A stretch of DNA of 64,000 nucleotides from an uncultured Sphingomonadaceae bacterium (lineage in GTDB: Bacteria; Pseudomonadota; Alphaproteobacteria; Sphingomonadales; Sphingomonadaceae): contig CANNCV010000003.1 of assembly GCA_947503245.1 (NCBI GenBank), positions 6,283 through 70,282 on the forward strand. Direction: 5' to 3'. Shown here piece after piece: positions 1-7,462 of this stretch (the stretch's first letter is position 1; the number at the start of each line of letters is the position of its first letter). A model generated the notes under the pieces. It was not told the DNA's origin, ran no database searches, and was given only the letters and a program-made list of their open reading frames with translations. The translations under genes were made by a program, and so were the position numbers.

Positions 1-2
1 TC

Positions 3-602
3 GCATCTGTTGTCTCGGAAACAGGCGTTAGGTTAACATTGCATGCGCACATTATCTCACATCACCAAATTACGCCCGAAGCTGTGGAAGCGGTGTTGAA
101 GTTAAGAAATCGTGGCATCTCAGTTTATAGCCAAACCCCCGTGAAGGAATATATCAATTTCAATGCTGACGATATTTCCCAAACAGTTGATGAATTTGCA
201 AAGATGTATCGCGGGTTGGTTGCTTGTGGCGTTGACCCCTATATGATGATCGCGGATATGCATCCGACAACATCTAAGCAATACGTTCCATTTGAGCGAA
301 TTGTTACGATGTGGGGTCGCCTTGTTGAAAGTCACAAGTATCCCGGAACTGAACGTCCAAGAACGCTGAGCATACTCTACAAAGGAGGTAATATTATACT
401 TTCTGGTTCTTCTTTGCTGGCCGCCTGCAAGGAGGTGGATGTGTCTAAGGAATTGGTGCGATATCGCTTCCCAGTTATTGGTCCTGATATTAACAACAAC
501 CCCAAAATATGCGAATGGCACATATATGAAGAGCCATTGTCGAAATATAATTCCAATCCAGATTCACTCACAGTTTTAAGGCGCAGCTTAAGCTGTATAT
601 AG
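3..602 (+). CDS. KamA/lysine 2,3-aminomutase-family radical SAM protein, C-terminal part (5' truncated by window)
   Basis: Frame is open from base 3. LHAHIISHHQITPEAVEAVLKLRNRGISVYSQT aligns with the KamA HxNHPxEIT...L..aGi...NQ motif; GVDPY, GGNIIL and terminal IYEEP also match. CxxxCxxC is not in the window. Confidence 0.7.
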   Translation, partial: ASVVSETGVRLTLHAHIISHHQITPEAVEAVLKLRNRGISVYSQTPVKEYINFNADDISQTVDEFAKMYRGLVACGVDPYMMIADMHPTTSKQYVPFERIVTMWGRLVESHKYPGTERPRTLSILYKGGNIILSGSSLLAACKEVDVSKELVRYRFPVIGPDINNNPKICEWHIYEEPLSKYNSNPDSLTVLRRSLSCI

Positions 603-614
603 TTAGAAAATGGA

Positions 615-1481
615 ATGAATCTACTGCATGAACAAATCATAATAAATGGCCTTTTGTTTTCACCAGCTTATGCTTTGTTCGCGCTAGCTTTTTTATTAAA
701 ACTAAAAACTCTAAAATATTGGCCTTTGGCGCTAGCAACAATTGCCACCTTATCACCCTATATATTTTTCAGTGTATTTGAACTCAGCGGGTCCGTTATG
801 TTGGCGGCGGCCATCGCCATTTCGATATCGATTTTGTTTGGCTGGTTTTTTGATCAAATCATTTTTTTGAGGTTGATATCTTGGAATGCACAACCGACGG
901 TTTTGATCGTCGCAGCAATTGGGATCAATGTTATCGGTGAAAGCCTCTTCGGACTAATTTATGGAGATCGACCGCTTGTTCTCATTTCCAATCCAGTGCA
1001 TATTGCCGTTAGCTCAAGAGTTTTTTTAACTTCAAATCAGCTGTCCATTTTTGTATTTGCTTCCGCGGTTTGGATTGTCGTCATGTTGATGTTGAAGCGC
1101 AGTCGTTTGGGTTTGTTCCAACAAGCTATTGAATCATCGTTGAAGCTATCAACAATCCGGCATGTTCCGGTTCGTCGTACCATTCAACTTTTGTCCATTC
1201 TATCTTATGGCTGCGTTAGCATGGCAGGGCTGTTAATTGCATCAGAACGGCAGATATACCCTCAACTGGGGATTGATATTATGCTAGCAGCATTGGTAAT
1301 AGCAGTCGCTGTAAACAAGGTTTCTTTTGGAAGGCTGGTATTATTTTCAATAATAATCTCAATCGCCAATCAGTATATTGGTCAAATTTTCCCGAACGAA
1401 TGGCGAAACTCTATCTTATACCTCGCACTGATATCGCTGCTCATAATTCGTTTTGATAAAAGAAAGATCGTGGATGCGTAA
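615..1481 (+). CDS. Branched-chain amino acid-type ABC transporter permease (LivH-like)
   Basis: 288 aa, multi-TM; IVAAIGINVIGESLFGLIYGD and RSRLGLFQQAI match LivH motifs. Confidence 0.8.
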   Translation: MNLLHEQIIINGLLFSPAYALFALAFLLKLKTLKYWPLALATIATLSPYIFFSVFELSGSVMLAAAIAISISILFGWFFDQIIFLRLISWNAQPTVLIVAAIGINVIGESLFGLIYGDRPLVLISNPVHIAVSSRVFLTSNQLSIFVFASAVWIVVMLMLKRSRLGLFQQAIESSLKLSTIRHVPVRRTIQLLSILSYGCVSMAGLLIASERQIYPQLGIDIMLAALVIAVAVNKVSFGRLVLFSIIISIANQYIGQIFPNEWRNSILYLALISLLIIRFDKRKIVDA

Positions 1482-2330
1482 ATGTTGAGCTATCTGATAT
1501 TTCTTCTGGCTTTGTTGTCCTGCTTCGCTTCTGCATCCATTGCGCTCTCATTGCTTGTAAACACGGGAAAGCGGCCTGTAATTCTAGCTGCTTCGGCAAT
1601 GGCGATTGGAGCCTACTCGACATCCGTGCTCTTAGGTGGGCAATCTTTACATCTACTGATTCTTATGGCTGTCCTTTATATTTTTTTTATATGTATGATA
1701 TTCTGGATGTATTTCCGGATGGACGAGGATGTAATAATTTTATGTACTTTACTTATGAGCTTAATATTTTCGGGTTTACTGGTCAATTTGAGTGATATAA
1801 CAAATGGAGTTAAGGGACTATATATCGGAATTGATACTTTTGACGAAAGGATCGTATGTTTTATATCAATTTCAATATTAGTAGTATGCTGTTGGTTACA
1901 TAAATTTTTTAACTCGGGTCCGATTTCCTTGGAACTTAAAGCAGTTGTAAATAACAGAAATTTTGCGGAAATAATTGGAATAAATCCGTATAAAGCAAGT
2001 TTCATTTTGACTTTTAGCGCGATAACCATTTTAGCAATTGTCGGAGCAAATTACGCCATAGTCATTGGATATATTCACCCTTTATCTTTTAGCGACAGCC
2101 TTTCTCTGGGATTGTTGGCCGCCGTGCTGCTGGCAGCCAATGGCAGAGTTTGGCCTGTAATCGTATGCTCCATAGTGATTTTTGGGATACCTGAGGCCGT
2201 TAGTTTTTTGGAAGTTCCGTCTTCCGTCCTCGGCCATATCCGCAATTTAATCTTCGGTGTGATTTTGATATCAATAGTGTTGTTAAGAGGTTGGTTGGAA
2301 CGTGACATGGAGTACGACGATGCTTCTTAA
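1482..2330 (+). CDS. Branched-chain amino acid-type ABC transporter permease (LivM-like)
   Basis: LCTLLMSLIFSGLLVNLSDITNGVKGL and AVVNNRNFAEIIGINPYK match LivM motifs; ATG directly follows the previous TAA. Confidence 0.8.
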   Translation: MLSYLIFLLALLSCFASASIALSLLVNTGKRPVILAASAMAIGAYSTSVLLGGQSLHLLILMAVLYIFFICMIFWMYFRMDEDVIILCTLLMSLIFSGLLVNLSDITNGVKGLYIGIDTFDERIVCFISISILVVCCWLHKFFNSGPISLELKAVVNNRNFAEIIGINPYKASFILTFSAITILAIVGANYAIVIGYIHPLSFSDSLSLGLLAAVLLAANGRVWPVIVCSIVIFGIPEAVSFLEVPSSVLGHIRNLIFGVILISIVLLRGWLERDMEYDDAS

Positions 2331-3015
2331 GATAGCAGATGCAACGAAAAAATTCGGAACCTTTTGTGTTTTGGACGGCATAAGTTTGAGCATAAAAGCC
2401 GGAGCTCATTTATTTGTCGGCGACAACGGCTGCGGTAAAAGCACACTCTTTAAGTGTATTGCAGGTTTCATCAAATTGGATGGCGGGCAAATAACGATAG
2501 ATGGAAAAACCATAGTTGGTTTGCTCCCTTATCAGATATCCAGATTGGGCCTTATTTTTAATACACAGCAACCGCTATTGGTAGATGACTTAACTGTTAT
2601 CAATCATTTGCAGCTAACCTCATCGAAACTGAGATCACGTAATTGGGACGCAAATTGTGACGTAGAAGTTGGAAGAGATCGCTCTTTGCAGGAATTCCGT
2701 CATGATATGGAAATATCCGTCTTAAAGATGGCCAGCATATCTGAACCTCTAACGGAGAAATTAGGCAATTTGTCATTTGGTCAAAAAAAGGCTGTCCAAT
2801 TTGCCTGCGCAATCAGATCGCAGGCCCGATATTTACTATTGGACGAGCCTTTCGCTGGTGTGGACAAGAATGTCCGTGATTTGATGTTGGGGTATATCAG
2901 AGAAGAGAAGCAAAATCGGACCATTATGGTTTGCGAACATAGAGAAAAGGATAATTCGAAAGTTTTTGATGAGGTTTACGAAATGCCTCTAAAAAATATT
3001 GTAAAAATAAGATGA
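2320..3015 (+). CDS. ABC transporter ATP-binding protein (LivG-like)
   Basis: Walker A GDNGCGKST, signature LSFGQKK, Walker B LLLDEPFAG; ATG at 2320 overlaps the upstream gene end. Confidence 0.85.
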   Translation: MLLKIADATKKFGTFCVLDGISLSIKAGAHLFVGDNGCGKSTLFKCIAGFIKLDGGQITIDGKTIVGLLPYQISRLGLIFNTQQPLLVDDLTVINHLQLTSSKLRSRNWDANCDVEVGRDRSLQEFRHDMEISVLKMASISEPLTEKLGNLSFGQKKAVQFACAIRSQARYLLLDEPFAGVDKNVRDLMLGYIREEKQNRTIMVCEHREKDNSKVFDEVYEMPLKNIVKIR

Positions 3016-3626
3016 TAGAGTTTGATAGTATATCTATTGGTTATAAAAGCCATGTTGTCGTGAGTGAATTTTCTATGGAAATGAGCCGTGGTACGATCAC
3101 GTGGTTACAAGGAAGCAATGCCTCTGGTAAAAGTACAGTATTGAAATGCCTAGTGGGGAAATCTTCATTTTTCAAGGGAGCAATATATATAAATGGCGAC
3201 AGAATTGACCCGAATAAATATCATTTGGAAAACAACGATATATGCTATGTTCCTCAACAAGACGCTGTTTTTTACGATTTAACGGTGAGTCAAAATATTG
3301 AAATAGTTAAGCAGGCCAATCTTGATGTTGGCGAAACTTTCAAGAAAAATTCTTTTGTTTCGAAATTTTTAGGAGATAACTGTGATAAATTGGCAAGTGA
3401 GCTTTCCGGTGGATTGTCTAAAACCCTCAGTTTATTAATGGCATTATTAACTTCACCAAAAATACTTTTGCTGGACGAACCATTCGCGGGAGTCTCGGAT
3501 GAAACTTCTAAGGAAATATCTTCAATAATTTTAGATTTTTCGTCTCAAGGTGGCTGTGTGCTTTTGGCCGAGCATGTTGATGTTCACGACCTCCTACCTC
3601 AAGCCAATTTAGTTAGAATAGACTGA
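3012..3626 (+). CDS. ABC transporter ATP-binding protein (LivF-like, short)
   Basis: Walker A GSNASGKST, LSGGLSK, LLLDEPFAG; ATGA overlap with the previous gene. Confidence 0.85.
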   Translation: MIEFDSISIGYKSHVVVSEFSMEMSRGTITWLQGSNASGKSTVLKCLVGKSSFFKGAIYINGDRIDPNKYHLENNDICYVPQQDAVFYDLTVSQNIEIVKQANLDVGETFKKNSFVSKFLGDNCDKLASELSGGLSKTLSLLMALLTSPKILLLDEPFAGVSDETSKEISSIILDFSSQGGCVLLAEHVDVHDLLPQANLVRID

Positions 3627-3836
3627 GATATCTAAAATAGTATGCGTCAATGGGTGCTGAGAGGTAAAACGCGCAGCATCTTTCCAGTAGCGCAAGGGTT
3701 TAACCATAATTTGTTTTGCAACCCCTTCGCATTCCGAGAGCACCTCTATCGCATCAAAAGAAAGAAATTAACTTTAGAATAAAGTTATCTCAATTTAAGA
3801 ATTTTACCTCGCAATGTTGTCTTGGTTCGGGAGACT

Positions 3837-4393
3837 TTATTTAAACTCACGGTTGTTCAGGTAACGATACAAAGTAGACCGTCCAATACCGAACTGATTG
3901 GCTACGTTGGTAACGGATTGACCTTTGCCGACTAGATATATCGCTTCCATTAACTCCTCACCATTCAATGCTGGCGCGCGTCCGAGCTTCACGCCCTCGC
4001 TTTTGCTGAGGCCATGCCTGCCCTTGTTCTCTCTACAATCAATGACCTTTCGAATACGGCTACTGCCCCCAATATGTGCAGTACGAACTCACCATAAGCT
4101 GTGCCGGTATCGATATACTCGCAGATAGAATGAAAGCCGATTTGGTGATTGTGTAGCGTCGTGATGGTATCGGTTAGATCGCGCATTGATCTTGCAAGAC
4201 AGTCGAGCCTCCGCACAACCAATGTATCGCCCGGCTGCAATGCCTTCATTGCATCACCATAGCCTTCACGGTCGGTTTTTATGCCGCTGATATAGTCTTT
4301 GAATATCTTTTCGCATCCTGCCTTTTCGAGCGCATAAATCTGCAAATCGATGTTCTGGTCCGTTGTTGATACGCGCGCATAGCCTATTCGCAT
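3837..4393 (-). pseudogene. Resolvase/invertase-family small serine recombinase, frameshifted
   Basis: MRIGYARVSTTDQN catalytic domain stops at AKARA* (3989). The shifted frame continues VKLGRAPALN...GIGRSTLYRYLNNREFK* (HTH) to TAA 3837-3839; one G is missing in gcgagggcgtg. Confidence 0.85.
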
Positions 4394-4574
4394 TGGGCCT
4401 CATTGGTTTTCGGTTGTTTGCAAAATGACGGTGAGTGCGCCCTTTGGCGTCTTTTTAGGCTTCCCCTGTGGGATAGCTGAAATTGCGACTTTAGCCGCAA
4501 ACGCAATCCGCTAAATCCGTGCCATTTTGGTTCTGTTATCAGCAGAACCCAATTCGTCCCTAGACGGAACGGAT

Positions 4575-4987
4575 ATGAGACAATTGCATACCATAGTATG
4601 CACGGCACTTGTCATGACAGCGAGCATGGGGTTTTCGAGCAGTATTGCTGCCAATACGGCTAACGGGATTGTATTTTTGAAAGATGCGGATTTGCCCGCA
4701 AAGCGATGGGCAGATGCCAACCCGAAAGCCATTGCAGTTGCCATCCGCCTTGGCCCATCAACACCCGTTCGCCGGATATTGTTGAAAAAGCCCTACGTTC
4801 TGATTTCGGTAAACAGGGTGTAACCAACGTCAGGTTTTTTTGGGAAAAAGGCTGTGATGGTGGTTCTTCCGTCGTTTATGTGACCCGCAATCATGCATTC
4901 GGACCATTTGGTCTGGCGACCTCACGCAAGGAAGTTCCAAAAGCGGCGGCGCAGCTTCTATTCGAAGTGAAGCGCGGATTGCATTGA
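4575..4987 (+). pseudogene. Secreted hypothetical protein split by a 1-nt frameshift
   Basis: Signal-peptide-like MRQLHTIVCTALVMTASMGFSSSIAA...LGPSTPV runs into a second frame SPDIVEKALRSDFGKQGV...KRGLH at about 4770. Confidence 0.6.
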
Positions 4988-5132
4988 TACTGCTAACTTA
5001 TGCCAAAGGCGTTGCTCTCTGCGGTCGCATCAGAACTTGCAATATTCCTTCGCGCATCGACAGGTCAATATCTTGCGAGGTTTTTGCCTGAGCTTCTAAC
5101 AACGCATTGATTGATGATCTGCCTCTGAAGAA

Positions 5133-5696
5133 CTAGGTGTCGAGCGCTTCGCGTTCGTTACTAGGCAAGGCAGGATCACTGCGTTGTTCCATATAAGCAT
5201 CCACTTCGCGCTTCTGATGCTGTGCCTTCGCCCATTCGGCATAGCGAGCTGTTTCGGGATCATTAGCATATTCGAGTTTAATCTGGCCCGTTGCTGGGTC
5301 GATCGTGGTCGCAATCAATATATTTTCAAGCCGCTTTCGATAGTCGGTAATGCTTTCACCATCGCGTCGGTCGGGAATGTCATCGGGGTCCATGACCTTA
5401 TTCGCAATGACTTCGCGCTATGCGTCATGACCCATTTCTTTTTCAAAGGCGCTTTCCATAGCCGCAATTTGTTGTGCAAGTCGTTCAGATACGCGCTGTG
5501 CTTGCTCGAACAAGGTCATCTGTAGCTGCTGGTCTTGGCGTTTGCGTTTGTCGGTATGGCCTGATTGAACTTCCACTGTCGCTTGCTGCGAAGCGGACAA
5601 GATAATCTGCGCTTCCTTATCAGGCGCTATGTTGGCCGCTATCACTTTGCTGCGCAGTTCATGCGCATTCGCGGTTTCTGCAAACTCGCTCTTCAA
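5133..5696 (-). pseudogene. Hypothetical helical protein interrupted by an in-frame TAG
   Basis: ORFs 5696-5418 and 5393-5133 are in one frame, joined by TAG plus 8 sense codons (GHDA*REVIANKVMDPDD). Confidence 0.6.
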
Positions 5697-5824
5697 ATTG
5701 ATCTTTGGATCTGTTTCCCTGCCGTTATCCGGTATTCTCCCTCATTCGCCGTGCCTTATGGGCATCTGACAAAATTATTTTCTCACATTTGGAGTAAAAA
5801 TAAGGTTAATATAGAGATGGTTAG

Positions 5825-6124
5825 TTAGATATTGCCTGTCGGCGCAGATATCCAATTCTCGCGCGAATGGCGAATGCGCAGGATATAGGCCTTTTCGCCG
5901 GTGATCTCATAGACGATCAAATGACTCTTGAAGGGATGTATGCGCACTGGCGGCGATATCTCTTCGCGCAATCGCGCCATTTCAGGAAACTCGCCTAGCA
6001 GTCCAAACACCGCCGCCAAATCATCATGATATCTATTGGCCTGTTCAATCCCAAACTGCTGTGCGCCTTCGATATAGATATCGATCAGGTCGGTTTGGGC
6101 ATGAGTGGACAGGCCGTAAGGCAT
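5825..6124 (-). CDS. parE: Type II toxin, RelE/ParE family
   Basis: YGLSTHAQTDLIDIYIEGAQQFGIEQANRY...HLIVYEI...ILRIRHSRENW. Confidence 0.85.
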   Translation of the reverse strand: MPYGLSTHAQTDLIDIYIEGAQQFGIEQANRYHDDLAAVFGLLGEFPEMARLREEISPPVRIHPFKSHLIVYEITGEKAYILRIRHSRENWISAPTGNI

Positions 6125-6130
6125 ATATGT

Positions 6131-6373
6131 TTATTGCTGCAAGCGTTGGCGTGCTAAATCCTTTATCTCGTCCATGGATAGGTCGCTTGTGCCGCCTGCG
6201 CGGGCTTCATCGACCAGCTTTTGCATGGCGGCTATCTTGCTGCCACGTTCCTGATCGCGGCGGATGAGATCACGGATAAGCTCGCTATCATTGGTATAGT
6301 GGCCTTCGCCTATCTGTGCCTTGATCCATGCGTCTTGTTGTTCTGTAACTATAATGGTTTTGCGTATCGTCAT
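6131..6373 (-). CDS. parD: Type II antitoxin, ParD family (ribbon-helix-helix)
   Basis: TEQQDAWIKAQIGEGHYTNDSELIRDLIRRDQ; lies 6 bp upstream of the toxin. Confidence 0.85.
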   Translation of the reverse strand: MTIRKTIIVTEQQDAWIKAQIGEGHYTNDSELIRDLIRRDQERGSKIAAMQKLVDEARAGGTSDLSMDEIKDLARQRLQQ

Positions 6374-6383
6374 ATTTGCCTCT

Positions 6384-6411
6384 TATCATACTATCTACGC
6401 ATTATATCATA
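6384..6411 (-). promoter_or_regulatory. Putative parDE promoter/operator
   Basis: Two TATCATA copies (6384-6390, 6405-6411), the second overlapping a minus-strand TATAAT (6401-6406), just upstream of parD. Confidence 0.45.
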
Positions 6412-6671
6412 TAACTGATCTGCGTTGCAACTTGCTCAATTAGCGCTGTTGAATATCCCATTCTTCATTCTGTCGTGATTCCCGCTCAGTGGCGAGTGCC
6501 TTTTTGTTTTCTGTCGTCTTACCCTTTTTCCTCCCCGTAGCTTCAAGCGCGTATCCGCGCTGCTGCTCTTCGTTGCGCTGTCCATGACATGAAACCGGGC
6601 AAGCAATCGGGTGTTTCAGCCTCCAACAAAGGCATCGCCAACAGGCGGGCCTCAGAAAACAGGAGGTAGAT

Positions 6672-6830
6672 ATGCAATCAACATTCAACAGCGCCGCATT
6701 GACCCATTTTACCCGGTCGGAACTATACGCCATGCTAGCGCAACATCGCGGCCTGCTTAATCAGGCAGGCGAAAGCGAGCGCCCGCAAATCGTTGCTGCT
6801 ATCTCGGCGACTAAAGCCGCCATCGGGTAG
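6672..6830 (+). CDS. Small hypothetical protein, 52 aa (below the ORF-track cutoff)
   Basis: AGGAGG at 6661-6666, ATG at 6672; MQSTFNSAALTHFTRSELYAMLAQHRGLLNQAGESERPQIVAAISATKAAIG*; followed by a GC hairpin. Confidence 0.65.
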   Translation: MQSTFNSAALTHFTRSELYAMLAQHRGLLNQAGESERPQIVAAISATKAAIG

Positions 6831-7093
6831 CGCGGCGGGCCGGGTTAATCCGGTCCTTGCGTATAAATATCACCAATTTGCACAAGCTGCCCTGAATGTA
6901 GAGCTATATCCCCCCAACTGAGCTGAACAATAGAGTGGAAAGCATCACAATGAATTCTCTTCATACAAAGCCACCCAATACGCCTGTATGTTTTTTGCAT
7001 CCGGCACGGCGTTCATGCAATAATTGTCATATAGCCATAGGGAGGCTGTGCCGGGTCAGCATTGAATCAACCGCTAAACAAAAAGTGGATATA

Positions 7094-7462
7094 ATGACTG
7101 ACTATGACGACCCTCGCATCAGCGACAAATTTGCGGCGCAAGATCAGGCGCTCAGCTTGTATGAGCCCAGTGCGACTGTGCCCGACAGCAATATCCGGGA
7201 ATTCCTGTCCTATCTGGAAAAGGAAAGGCTGACGCAGCCGCAAAAGATTGAACTGATCCAGACCTATTGGAACATCGCCATGTATTTTGTGAAAATGGGC
7301 CATGGCGTGCTGCCATTCCAGATGTTCAATGAACTGGCAAAGCCTTGTGGAGAAACCCGGAAATCTGGCGTTTTATTGAGTGATTCTGGTCCTGATATGC
7401 TATGCTTGGATCATCAAAAGAATGATACTGGAAGCGAGAAGGGGGCAAGCCATGAGCATTGA
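7094..7462 (+). CDS. Hypothetical protein immediately upstream of the large serine recombinase
   Basis: Likely start MTDYDDP (7094) inside ORF 6935-7462; its stop overlaps the recombinase start by 11 nt. Confidence 0.6.
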   Translation: MTDYDDPRISDKFAAQDQALSLYEPSATVPDSNIREFLSYLEKERLTQPQKIELIQTYWNIAMYFVKMGHGVLPFQMFNELAKPCGETRKSGVLLSDSGPDMLCLDHQKNDTGSEKGASHEH

